IMG/VR virus record: IMGVR_UViG_3300032288_003197
Coordinates: 1-64,000 of that record
DNA length: 64,000 nucleotides
Source of the DNA: a virus
Direction: 5' to 3' (one strand)
Position numbers and translations under genes: made by a program. Under the pieces are notes generated by a model that saw only the letters and a program-made list of their open reading frames with translations, made no database searches and had not been told where the DNA came from. Positions 24,897 through 34,503 of the stretch are shown here, in pieces (positions within the stretch are counted from its first letter, which is position 1; every line of letters begins with the position of its first letter).

Positions 24897-25666
24897 TTGC
24901 TTACCTTGTTGTTGTCGTCAATCACACTTTGAATCAGTGTATAGGGCAGGCCAAGATTGTGAATCAAGTTGTTCCATGCACTGGTGTCTTTGGGCAAACA
25001 ATGTCCGCCGTAACCACGCATGTTCTCATTGGCCATCAAGTAGTGTGGGTTGATACATTCTCTGCGAGTGATTGCATCATACACATTCTTGTAGTCAGCA
25101 CCCAATTTCTTGCACACATCATATGTGATATTGGCAAAGGTCACGCTCATGGCATGATGCACGTTGTTGAAATATTTCACCACTTCAGCTTCAGTGGGAC
25201 TCACACGAGCCACGGTCTTTGGGAAATGTCCGTGTATTTTTTCAATTAGGTCAAAATCTTCCTCGCGGTCACTGCCAATGATCAATAGGTCATGATTGTA
25301 AACAAAATCTGCTAGAGCTGTTTTGGCACGTAAAAATTCAGGCACACTGCAAATCTTTAAATTGGGATATGCTTCACTCAGTCGTCGACTGGTACCAGGA
25401 ACCACAGTGCTCTTGATTGCTACCAATCCCGAGTACCGGTGTTGGTTCAATTCCGCAACCACTCGTTCAACAATGCTGGTGTCGCAATCTCCGTTGGCTG
25501 CTTGATTTGTGGGCACACTGAGAAACACACATTCGGCATCCAGCACATCAGCAAGTTTGCTGCCTTCATAAGCCGGATCATAGAAACACATGTTGTGTCC
25601 AAGGTATTCAAGGCCTTCGTACACAGCCTTGCCCACTGTGCCTTTTCCAATAATTCCTATTTTCAT
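24893..25666 (-). CDS. UDP-glucose/GDP-mannose dehydrogenase, short form
   Basis: GKGTVG, KSTVVPG, PEFL, GYGGHCLPKD. Confidence 0.9.
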   Translation of the reverse strand: MKIGIIGKGTVGKAVYEGLEYLGHNMCFYDPAYEGSKLADVLDAECVFLSVPTNQAANGDCDTSIVERVVAELNQHRYSGLVAIKSTVVPGTSRRLSEAYPNLKICSVPEFLRAKTALADFVYNHDLLIIGSDREEDFDLIEKIHGHFPKTVARVSPTEAEVVKYFNNVHHAMSVTFANITYDVCKKLGADYKNVYDAITRRECINPHYLMANENMRGYGGHCLPKDTSAWNNLIHNLGLPYTLIQSVIDDNNKVSK

Positions 25667-26277
25667 TTTACATCCTTAAAAGTCATGTCTACGCAACTAC
25701 TGGCCAAATTGGATTTGGCCAATTTGAAAATTTCTTCAGCCACCTGTTGGGGTTCTAGATAGTCCAACTTGGGATCAAATTGTTTGCCTGCTGTGGCCAT
25801 CCGGGTGCGTGTTCGCACTGGGTTTAGTAAATCTACTTGAGTGCTGGATCCAGCAAAGTGATCTCTAGCCGATTCCCACAAATTGTATAAAGCAGCCTTG
25901 CTGGCACTGTACAGTGGATACAGCACTCGCCCGCCGGTGTAACTGCTGCTGCCGATCATGATGATTCTTGCGGGCTTGGCGGAATCTTGGTGCGACATAT
26001 AGTAACTGACAATGGACCAATTGCTGCCAAAATTAATATTCATGGTTGCTGTGTGAGTATCAGAGTGTCCGTTGACAAATATTCCAACACAGTTCACAAC
26101 CACATCGGCCTGTGTGTAATGCAGTAGCCTAGCAACATCTTTGTGACTTTGTGCATACTCAAAATTTAGCTGATCGCGATTCACCGCAATCACACGATAA
26201 CCTTGATCTTGAAACAGTTTGGCAGCGGCACTGCCAATCCCACCGTTTGCACCAAAGATCACCACAGTTCTTGTCAT
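25663..26277 (-). CDS. short-chain dehydrogenase/reductase
   Basis: GANGGIG, YSASK. Confidence 0.88.
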   Translation of the reverse strand: MTRTVVIFGANGGIGSAAAKLFQDQGYRVIAVNRDQLNFEYAQSHKDVARLLHYTQADVVVNCVGIFVNGHSDTHTATMNINFGSNWSIVSYYMSHQDSAKPARIIMIGSSSYTGGRVLYPLYSASKAALYNLWESARDHFAGSSTQVDLLNPVRTRTRMATAGKQFDPKLDYLEPQQVAEEIFKLAKSNLASSCVDMTFKDVK

Positions 26278-26279
26278 TG

Positions 26280-26693
26280 TTATACCGCGGTGATGTCATC
26301 TACTCGATAGGTGTCAGATTCGTAGTCTGCACCGCCTCTTGGTCCTTCTGCAAATGCAATAAAGGTGCATCCATCTGGCCCTGCCCGCATGGCATGAATT
26401 TCAAAAGGCTCGCTGATGATCATATCACCAGCACTGGCCTGTAACACATTTGGAGGCTGATCGGTAATATACAAGTTTTTACTGTAGTATGTCAACGTGC
26501 CCGACATCACAAAAGTGTATTGTGTAGTCAACTTGTGATAGTGATTACCACGCACTGCACCGGGCTGGTTGGTAATCACGCAACCGTGATTCATGTTGGC
26601 CTGATAAAAAATGTCAGTGATACTGCCGCGATCGTCTTTGAATGCACCAAGTCCAGGCAATCCGTGTTGGCTATAGATGTTGTAAGTTTTCAT
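26280..26693 (-). CDS. cupin, FdtA/WxcM-like sugar isomerase/epimerase
   Basis: DDRG, RGNHYH, EIHAM. Confidence 0.8.
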   Translation of the reverse strand: MKTYNIYSQHGLPGLGAFKDDRGSITDIFYQANMNHGCVITNQPGAVRGNHYHKLTTQYTFVMSGTLTYYSKNLYITDQPPNVLQASAGDMIISEPFEIHAMRAGPDGCTFIAFAEGPRGGADYESDTYRVDDITAV

Positions 26694-27925
26694 TGTGAAA
26701 TAAATCTTGTGTTGGGGTTGATATTTAATATGGCGCGGCGCAGGCCCTCACCAATGTTCCAGCTCAAAATCAAAGCATATGGTTGTCGATGTTGGGCAAA
26801 CTCTTCGTCTCCAACAACAGGAATTCTGGTCAACGGCGTAAACTTGCCCTGTTTGTGTTCACTGGCATCAGTTATGCAGTGAATCACTGTGTTGTCAAGC
26901 CCATGCCACTTCAGCCATGTGTTGGCTTTGGCGGCAGCCCCCACACCAATTACCACTGCATCGGGATCTTGTTCCAGCAAATTATAAAAATTGGCCAACC
27001 AGGTGACCTTGGCTTTTTCAAATTTGCGCTGTAGGCCTTGATAAAAATCGGGATCAAATAGTCCCATTTGGGTTTCTTGGCTGATGGCCTGTTGAATTTT
27101 GTCAGGCATGCCAGCACCTGTGGCATGTCTGGCGAATACTCTCAAACTGCCGCCGTGATAGTCAACCACATCAAAATCAACTATTTCTAATCCGGCTGCC
27201 TGTAGCACACTGCTGGCCATTTTGACAGTGAAATAAGCGGGATGCTCATGATACACCATGTCAGTGAATCTGCCGGACTCAATCATGCTGAGCCAATACG
27301 GAACTTCAAACACAAACTCACCAGCAGGAGCCAGCAGTTTTGCCACACTGCGAGCAAATGCCACAGGGTTGTTGGCATGGTTGAACACATTGTTGGCAAT
27401 CACAGTTTGGGCTGTTCCATGTCGCGATCGTATCAGTTCAGCGGTGCTGTTATCAAACAAGGCATGCACAGTTTCAACACCTCGAGCCTGGCTCAATGCA
27501 CACATTTCTGCACTGCTGTCCACAGCCACTGCTTGATCAAACTGCGAAACAAGATACCCGTCGTTGCTGCCAATCTCAACCACAAGTCCCGAACGCCCAC
27601 GATGTTTGATTGTTTGAACATATTCGTCCCAGTGGTCTCTAGCAGTCTTGCTGTTGCTGGAGGTGTAACTGTAACTGTAGAGATTGTAACGGTCTTCGGC
27701 TGAACTTAGATAGCCCAACTGTATACTGCCAGTGTCACTGTTCAAGAAAACCTGTAGTGGAAACACTGGTTCACTGAGATGAAGTTGGTCGGCCCTGACA
27801 AAAGTGTCAGCATAGGCATGCTGACCAAAATCAAGTATTTTTACAACCGGCTGTTGGGAAACTACACATTTGGTAACCGCATCACTCACAGTTATATTAT
27901 TTTTTGACAACACCATTCCTGACAT
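26690..27925 (-). CDS. NDP-hexose C-methyltransferase
   Basis: EIGSNDG, NVFNH, YHEH, HGGSLR, GAAAKANT, KQGKFTP. Confidence 0.88.
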   Translation of the reverse strand: MSGMVLSKNNITVSDAVTKCVVSQQPVVKILDFGQHAYADTFVRADQLHLSEPVFPLQVFLNSDTGSIQLGYLSSAEDRYNLYSYSYTSSNSKTARDHWDEYVQTIKHRGRSGLVVEIGSNDGYLVSQFDQAVAVDSSAEMCALSQARGVETVHALFDNSTAELIRSRHGTAQTVIANNVFNHANNPVAFARSVAKLLAPAGEFVFEVPYWLSMIESGRFTDMVYHEHPAYFTVKMASSVLQAAGLEIVDFDVVDYHGGSLRVFARHATGAGMPDKIQQAISQETQMGLFDPDFYQGLQRKFEKAKVTWLANFYNLLEQDPDAVVIGVGAAAKANTWLKWHGLDNTVIHCITDASEHKQGKFTPLTRIPVVGDEEFAQHRQPYALILSWNIGEGLRRAILNINPNTRFISQ

Positions 27926-28787
27926 CCTCACTTCTTTGATCCGGTTCAACGGATATTATTTGGCCTTGGTCGTCTAGTCTCATCACGAATTGGCTCATTT
28001 GTCGATTGACATCTAGTTCGGCCAATTTTTGCCAGGCATAGTTTTTGCCGCTTTTGACACCTTCCCACCAAGAAGTATCCAGGCCCAGTGTTTTCATGTA
28101 TTCAGCAATGGCGTTGCATCGTTCCACTCGAAGAAATGTATTTTGCGGATAATGAAAGTCAATGGGGTTGGTTGGGTCACCTTCAAATCTCACCTTGGGC
28201 TTGAGCGGATCCTTTTCATCCTTGGTGAGTTCGACTTGATTGTGCACAACATCAACGTCAACGACCTGCATGAGATCCAACAGAAAAGCAATCTGACTCA
28301 ACTCAGCATCAATCATTTGATGTCTGCTGAGCTCTTGTGTGAGCTCATACCATGCTCGAGGAACTATGGGAAAAATACTGTAGGGATGATCGTTGTGAGT
28401 GTGAACTTTCAGCAATCGAAATTGGCCGGTGTATTGACCAATAACAGTGTCCCAGCCCTGCGTCTGCATCACAGCATCGTCATTCCACACAAACAGCCAG
28501 TCTGACGAAGTTGACTTGGCCAAATGATTGTAATATCTATTGAGTCCAGCATAGCCCATGCTTTTGAACACCTGAGCCTCGTAGACAACTTCGTGCTGAT
28601 CTAAAAATGGTTGAATAACTTTGGCAAAGTGATCCAGGCCCACCTGATCGTCGTCATCAAAGCCAAACAACAATTGTATGCGTGAAACGTCGTCGGCTAG
28701 ATTTACAATGCTGGTCACACTAGAAGTCAATGCATCAGTGCGACTGCGGGTGGGCAGCAAAACTGCTATGCTGTATTCGTTGGTCAT
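27897..28787 (-). CDS. GT-A (family 2-like) glycosyltransferase
   Basis: LLPTRSR, DDDD, WNDD. Confidence 0.75.
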   Translation of the reverse strand: MTNEYSIAVLLPTRSRTDALTSSVTSIVNLADDVSRIQLLFGFDDDDQVGLDHFAKVIQPFLDQHEVVYEAQVFKSMGYAGLNRYYNHLAKSTSSDWLFVWNDDAVMQTQGWDTVIGQYTGQFRLLKVHTHNDHPYSIFPIVPRAWYELTQELSRHQMIDAELSQIAFLLDLMQVVDVDVVHNQVELTKDEKDPLKPKVRFEGDPTNPIDFHYPQNTFLRVERCNAIAEYMKTLGLDTSWWEGVKSGKNYAWQKLAELDVNRQMSQFVMRLDDQGQIISVEPDQRSEDVRNGVVKK

Positions 28788-28814
28788 TGTAAAAATTTTT
28801 ATATGCGTATATTA

Positions 28815-29318
28815 TTATGCAAATAAATCTTCGTTCCACTCACGGTGGCCTTCACGGAAAGCCATGTTGGCCTGTGTTTCGCGAACTTCTACTCTATAGC
28901 ACCACAAGCGAGCAGCCTCTCCTGGCCCCCACATTTCGGGAATGTAAACACCGTTGACATATTTGTAAAGCATGTCACTAAGACCTTCACAGCCCAATTT
29001 AGGCAGCACCACAATTTTGGCCATGTTACGCTCTTGTAGCAATTGGAACGTGGCCATCTCAGGGTCGTCTTGTGCCACAATAAGTGTGTGGTCAAACTGA
29101 TCTTCTAATGTCTTCTTTAGTTCTTTGAGTCCACCATAATCAGCCGCCCAGTTGCGAACGTCTAGATCGTTGGTGCCAAAGTAAAATTTCATAGAAAAAC
29201 TATAACCATGAATGAGATTACAGTGACTATCAGCACGCCATTGGCGATAAGCGCAGGGAAAAGCATCATGATACTCCTTTGTGCTGGTATATTTGTAAGT
29301 TACGGGTAGATTTGCCAT
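28815..29318 (-). CDS. queD: 6-carboxy-tetrahydropterin synthase
   Basis: CNLIHGY, FDH, VEVRET. Confidence 0.9.
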   Translation of the reverse strand: MANLPVTYKYTSTKEYHDAFPCAYRQWRADSHCNLIHGYSFSMKFYFGTNDLDVRNWAADYGGLKELKKTLEDQFDHTLIVAQDDPEMATFQLLQERNMAKIVVLPKLGCEGLSDMLYKYVNGVYIPEMWGPGEAARLWCYRVEVRETQANMAFREGHREWNEDLFA

Positions 29319-29321
29319 ATT

Positions 29322-29390
29322 GTCCTCCTATGTACTATAGCATAGGCAGCAGAGTTTGTATAGCGGGATGATGCCGGACAGGCCGCATAG
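29322..29390 (-). promoter_or_regulatory. candidate preQ1-I-like pseudoknot leader of queD
   Basis: GCGG-loop-CATC-CCGC-TATACAAACT; loop GGCA can pair with TGCC; CCTATG/CATAGG hairpin overlaps the RBS. Confidence 0.45.
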
Positions 29391-29398
29391 AGAAATAT

Positions 29399-29803
29399 TT
29401 AGTTGGGTTTTTGATAGCCTGCAGTTTTGTAATTCTGCTGACCAAAAATAACACCACGAACACCGCCAGTGGGATCGTCACAGTCGCCGTGTTTGCGTGG
29501 AATCAAATGCACATGTGGATACATCACTGTTTGTCCAGCTGCTTGACCTTGATTTAGGCCAATGTTGAAACCATCGCAATGATTGTTTGCTACCCAGTCA
29601 CGACCGGTAGACAAAGCAAGTTCCATGGCTTCTGCAATTGATTGGTCGGTGTTGAATCGAGGCACAAACAGCAAATGACCTTGTGTGACCGGATAAGCAT
29701 CTCGAAACACTGCCACGTGTAAATTGCCAAGTTCAGGAACGCTGTGGGTCCAAGGTGCCACATTGGCCTCTTGTGCGGCTGTCAACGTTGTGTATAAAAT
29801 CAT
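29399..29803 (-). CDS. HIT-family hydrolase
   Basis: AGQTVMYPHVHLIPR. Confidence 0.92.
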   Translation of the reverse strand: MILYTTLTAAQEANVAPWTHSVPELGNLHVAVFRDAYPVTQGHLLFVPRFNTDQSIAEAMELALSTGRDWVANNHCDGFNIGLNQGQAAGQTVMYPHVHLIPRKHGDCDDPTGGVRGVIFGQQNYKTAGYQKPN

Positions 29804-29827
29804 TTTTGTTTTTCCTAATGAGTGACG

Positions 29828-32200
29828 TTAAAGATTAAACTTAAAAGTTGCCTTGGCTTGGTAAGCTTTCTGATCATTGATCACTGCACCAATATTGAAC
29901 AAATGCTTTCCTACTTTCCAAGTGTAATCCGATCCGACAAACGTCACTGCTTGGTTACGAATTGCAACACTGTGTGTAGTATAATGCATGGTTCCCTGTG
30001 TGTCAACGGAAGTTGGCAATTTTACTTTTATATTGCCGCTGAATGCAGTGGGTTGTAGACCACCATACACTGTAAGTCCGTTGCCTTTCCATCCTCCCAC
30101 AACATAGCCCAACCACATGGGAGAAATTTTTTCAACTAATCCAGGTGTGAGGTCCACCATGGATTGAATTGTGCCCAGTTGCCCAAAAAATCCATTGTTC
30201 CAAAATCTCGTGGCATTGAAATCATACATTGTGGTTCGATTTATGCTGCCAAACATACCACCCACACTGATCCACGGATTGCCTTTTTGCAACACTGCCA
30301 CACCCATGCGATATACCCACGACGAGTTGGTATTTAGATCAAGGGCTTTGTTGGTAAAACTCAATGAATACGACGACTCGTCGCTGCCACTGAGGCTAAA
30401 TCCATTGACGTTGTAATTTTCCGCACCGGTAAATCTGCTGCTCCAATTTTGAGTAATGTCAGAAGTGTATAGATTAAATTTGATTGGAATGCCCAAGGGC
30501 TGCGGCGCCATGCCCTCAAGATTTACAGAAAAATTTCGATTCAACGAATCAACGGCTTGAATGTTGTTCAGCAGTGCAGAATTCATTCCAGGAACACTCA
30601 AAGAACCATTGATGGGAATCCTGTGTCCTGTTCGACCGTTCAAAGTAATTGCCAGTGTGCCAATGGGCTTCATCACTGCGTCGAAGTCTATGACCGGAAT
30701 GCCATCTACCCAGTTTACAACAGATTTGGCCAACGCTGAGTTGGCCTCTGCCGGACTCATCCAGGGCCATGCTTGTTGTAACACTGCCACAGTGGCTGGT
30801 GCAGTCACAGTTCCGGTTGAACCGATCAAACTTAGATAAACAGCAATCTGCGGCGCACCGTTGGCATCAGTGGTTTCAACACCGGTCATTAAGTATCGTT
30901 TCCCCTCAGGTCCCGATACTATGGCAATGGCCTGATTTTGTATTGCACCAGGAGTCATTGCCTTGGTTTGATTGGCAAAATCGGTAAACACCTGACTGTA
31001 ACTTTCAACAAACTTGCCTTCTTTGGTGGCCAGCAACACAGATGTAGACGCCTGGCCGGTGTAATCTGTGGCTGAAATCAAAATGTCCATCAGCCCGTCG
31101 TTGTTGACGTCAATCAACTGTGGGTTATACGTTGTGGTTTTGTTGGTGTTGTAGTTGACCAGCACTGTATCAGTCACATCGACAAATCTACCACTGCCGT
31201 AGTTTTTAAGAAACTGCACTTCGCTATAGCCATGTGCATTACTGCCCTTGGGCATGGTGCTGAACACCACAACATCTGGCACACCGTCGTTGTCAAAATC
31301 CATGGTAATGTTACGAACTGCGTGTGGAGCTAGACTGGTCGACGCACGAACTGTGTTCCATTTGGGCAACATAAATCTGTCCGGAGGCAGGTCTGCAATT
31401 TTTGTAAGAACCAGTTTGCCATTTTCGATTTTCCAAGAAAATAGCCTGGTGTCATCACCACCACTAGTGCCTTGTGGAGAATCAGTGATTACCATGGTTT
31501 TGGTTCCGTTGCCTAAGTAGTCAGCAACACTGATACCCGCACCACCGCCAAAATTATCGCTGCGATACACCGTGAAGTTGCCAGACCTTGATCCAAATGC
31601 CACAGCGGGTTTGGTGTTTAAAATATCAGTGACAAAAATGTCAGCAATGCCATCACCGTTGAGATCTGTTACAATACTGTCGTGCGCACCCACATCGCCA
31701 AGATTCACATTGACTCGGGTGAAACTGCTGCCGTTGTTGAAAAACACAGGCATGGGCGCGGTGATGTTGGTGTCCGAAAACGTGGCAGCAAACATATCAA
31801 TCTTGCCATCACCGTTGAAATCGCCAAATCTAATTGTGGTGCCGCCCAGGTAACGAGTGTCTGTGCCCGAAAGCCATCTAGTGGTTTCGTTTGAAAATTT
31901 ACCTGTGTTGAATCCGTAAATTTGTAAATTGGAATCTTTCCACCCACCTGGTTTGTTTTGACTGTTGAACGCCACCGACGAAACAACAACTTCGTCGCTG
32001 TTGTCGTTGTTCAAGTCTCGGGTGAAAATTTCTGTAACAGGTGTTGTATAGGACGAAGTTACAACGGGATTGTAGTGGTTAATGGCTTGGGGCGCATAAA
32101 AAGGAACTTCCGAGCGGAGGTATCCACCAGCGGTCCCGCCACCACCACCACACCCAGTTAAAACCAAAGTTGACAGAAAGAGCGCAACAATTTTTTTCAT
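29828..32200 (-). CDS. lipoprotein with FG-GAP/VCBS repeats
   Basis: Lipobox LTGC; repeated DxNxDGxxD loops; beta-rich C-terminus. Confidence 0.8.
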   Translation of the reverse strand: MKKIVALFLSTLVLTGCGGGGGTAGGYLRSEVPFYAPQAINHYNPVVTSSYTTPVTEIFTRDLNNDNSDEVVVSSVAFNSQNKPGGWKDSNLQIYGFNTGKFSNETTRWLSGTDTRYLGGTTIRFGDFNGDGKIDMFAATFSDTNITAPMPVFFNNGSSFTRVNVNLGDVGAHDSIVTDLNGDGIADIFVTDILNTKPAVAFGSRSGNFTVYRSDNFGGGAGISVADYLGNGTKTMVITDSPQGTSGGDDTRLFSWKIENGKLVLTKIADLPPDRFMLPKWNTVRASTSLAPHAVRNITMDFDNDGVPDVVVFSTMPKGSNAHGYSEVQFLKNYGSGRFVDVTDTVLVNYNTNKTTTYNPQLIDVNNDGLMDILISATDYTGQASTSVLLATKEGKFVESYSQVFTDFANQTKAMTPGAIQNQAIAIVSGPEGKRYLMTGVETTDANGAPQIAVYLSLIGSTGTVTAPATVAVLQQAWPWMSPAEANSALAKSVVNWVDGIPVIDFDAVMKPIGTLAITLNGRTGHRIPINGSLSVPGMNSALLNNIQAVDSLNRNFSVNLEGMAPQPLGIPIKFNLYTSDITQNWSSRFTGAENYNVNGFSLSGSDESSYSLSFTNKALDLNTNSSWVYRMGVAVLQKGNPWISVGGMFGSINRTTMYDFNATRFWNNGFFGQLGTIQSMVDLTPGLVEKISPMWLGYVVGGWKGNGLTVYGGLQPTAFSGNIKVKLPTSVDTQGTMHYTTHSVAIRNQAVTFVGSDYTWKVGKHLFNIGAVINDQKAYQAKATFKFNL

Positions 32201-32263
32201 AAAAATAGGTGCAGATAGTTAATCATACACCTATTATAAACGATTTTTAATTTTTAGTCAAAT

Positions 32264-32965
32264 TTATCGTGGTGCAAAGTCCTGTTGCAGTTTGATATTG
32301 TCAAAGAATTCTTTCTTCACGCTTTGGTCTGTTTTAAAGGCACCGTGAAGCACTGTGGTCTGGGTGAGACTACTATGAGCCATAATACCACGATTCTCAC
32401 AACAACCATGGGTAGCTTGTATATAAACGGCCACATCTTGAGATCCGGTTGCGCTCCTGATTTCACTAGCGATATCCATACATAGTTCTTCTTGGAGAGT
32501 ACCACGTCGTGCACACCACTGGGCAATACGGGTGTACTTGGAAAGACCAATGAGTTTGGGACCAGCAATGATTCCAATATAAGCCACACCCGAGACAGGT
32601 TGGTGATGATGGCTACACATGCTCTTAAGCTCCGAACGCACCACAAGCATACCGTCGTATGCTCCTTCCGTGTCGTTCGGGAAAGCCGTTGCATTAGGGC
32701 TCTCCTCGTACCTACCAGCCATGATTTCATATACATACATCTTTGCTAAACGTCGGGCTGTGCCTTGTGAGTTCGGATCATTGAATCGATCAATAATCAA
32801 ACTATCTAGTACCCCTTCAAACTTGCCAGTGAGTTCATCCACTAGCAAGTCTTTCTCTTTGTCAGTGATGTATTCACTGATGTTGTCTCCGGCCCAATAA
32901 CGTTTGTCTGCGTCCGTAAGGCGTTTGCGAATTACTTGTGATAGATTCAAACTGTTGTCGGTCAT
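32264..32965 (-). CDS. folE: GTP cyclohydrolase I
   Basis: SMCSHH, GLSK, LQE, HGCCENRG. Confidence 0.95.
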   Translation of the reverse strand: MTDNSLNLSQVIRKRLTDADKRYWAGDNISEYITDKEKDLLVDELTGKFEGVLDSLIIDRFNDPNSQGTARRLAKMYVYEIMAGRYEESPNATAFPNDTEGAYDGMLVVRSELKSMCSHHHQPVSGVAYIGIIAGPKLIGLSKYTRIAQWCARRGTLQEELCMDIASEIRSATGSQDVAVYIQATHGCCENRGIMAHSSLTQTTVLHGAFKTDQSVKKEFFDNIKLQQDFAPR

Positions 32966-32966
32966 T

Positions 32967-33554
32967 TTAGTCCTTGATGGTGATTGTTCTTAAATCTGGA
33001 TATACAACTTGTCGTGGTGGCGGGCAGTATTCTTTCAAACCTTCCAGTAAAGCAATTCCTTGCATGGCTTCTTCAGGGGTAGGCTTGTAGTGATAACCAA
33101 CTTCAAATTCATGCTGTGTTGCCCAGGGTGATATACTTAGATCGCGACCATCATACCGCATGCGAATCAGTCTACGATATGCTGTCTCGTCATCCAACAG
33201 TATAGCACCTCCGCGGCCTATGTGTAAAGGCTTGTCATGCCCAAAACTCAAACATTGCATTTGCCCAGTTCTATACATATTGGGTTCCAGTCGGCGAGCA
33301 CTATCCCAAATTCGGGTACCGTGGAATTGATATTCGCCTGTCCACTCTTCTTCGCGGTAGTAGTATTTGATGCCCAGCTTGTGCATGGTCATGGGGATGC
33401 TCAAGTAGCTGTAAGGAGTCATTACCAATTCTTGCACACGATCATACCGCAAACACAGTTCAATGGCATGAGTGCAGCAGTCGGTCATGACTGCATAAGG
33501 TGCACCAGTGAACTCAGCCAGCTCTTGTTCAAATTTTAAAATCTTATCGAACAT
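32967..33554 (-). CDS. DegT/DnrJ-family PLP aminotransferase, short form
   Basis: CTHAIEL, DSA, SFGHDKPL, GRGG. Confidence 0.8.
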   Translation of the reverse strand: MFDKILKFEQELAEFTGAPYAVMTDCCTHAIELCLRYDRVQELVMTPYSYLSIPMTMHKLGIKYYYREEEWTGEYQFHGTRIWDSARRLEPNMYRTGQMQCLSFGHDKPLHIGRGGAILLDDETAYRRLIRMRYDGRDLSISPWATQHEFEVGYHYKPTPEEAMQGIALLEGLKEYCPPPRQVVYPDLRTITIKD

Positions 33555-34491
33555 ACCAATTCCATGCATGGTTGATAACATCATTTAAATTGTGATTGCG
33601 CCAGGCCTGGCCCACTGCTGTATCAAATTTGTCGGGGTTGGCAGTGAGCATGGCAGGATCGCCTGCTCTTGCAGACACAACATCAATTTCTGGCAGCCGT
33701 CCCACAACCTCTTGAACACTGTTGATTATTTCACGCACACTGGTGCCTGACCCTTGTGCAAGATTGTAAGCGCCACTCTTGATACTGGAATTCAAGGCCA
33801 AGATGTGTGCATGGGCAATATCATCCACGTGCACATAATCTCTAACACAGGTACCATCTGTAGTGGGATACCCGTCGCCGTAGATGGAAAATTTGCTGTT
33901 GTCTCGTGTGGCTTCGAGTAATCGAGCAACCACGTGTGTTGCCCCAGGTTCTTGACCGTGCCTGCACTGGGGGTCAGCACCGCAGGCATTGAAATAACGA
34001 AATGCCACGTAGTCCAGGCCATATGCTCGATGGTAACTGGCCAAGATTTGTTCTATCATGCGTTTGCTCTCGCCATAGGGAGATATTGGTTCGCAAGGAT
34101 CAACTTCGTGACAAGGATTCATGATGGGTTCACCGTAAACAGCAGCACTGCTACTAAACACAAACCTCACCCGCGGTAGAGCCAGTCGCACAATGTCCAA
34201 CAATTTTAATGTCTTTACTACATTGTTGTTGTAGTATTCGGCTGGGTTTTTCATGCTTGGTCCAACCAAACTGGTGCCGGCACAGTGTATGATGGCTGTG
34301 GGCTGTACTTCAATCATTTTGGTCAATGCTTCTTTTTCTGCAAAATCGCCTTGCACAAATTTAGTAAATGCTGACGCAATGCCAGAGTGAGCAGGACGCA
34401 GGTCAATGCCCATGACCTTTTGTCCAGCATCGGCCAGTTTCAATGCAATTTGTCCACCAATATAACCAGCGGCTCCTGTTACAACAATCAT
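33544..34491 (-). CDS. galE: UDP-glucose 4-epimerase
   Basis: GAAGYIG, YGESK, RYFNACGA, DGTCVRDYVHV. Confidence 0.9.
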   Translation of the reverse strand: MIVVTGAAGYIGGQIALKLADAGQKVMGIDLRPAHSGIASAFTKFVQGDFAEKEALTKMIEVQPTAIIHCAGTSLVGPSMKNPAEYYNNNVVKTLKLLDIVRLALPRVRFVFSSSAAVYGEPIMNPCHEVDPCEPISPYGESKRMIEQILASYHRAYGLDYVAFRYFNACGADPQCRHGQEPGATHVVARLLEATRDNSKFSIYGDGYPTTDGTCVRDYVHVDDIAHAHILALNSSIKSGAYNLAQGSGTSVREIINSVQEVVGRLPEIDVVSARAGDPAMLTANPDKFDTAVGQAWRNHNLNDVINHAWNWYVR

Positions 34492-34503
34492 GATACTCCT
34501 GCT

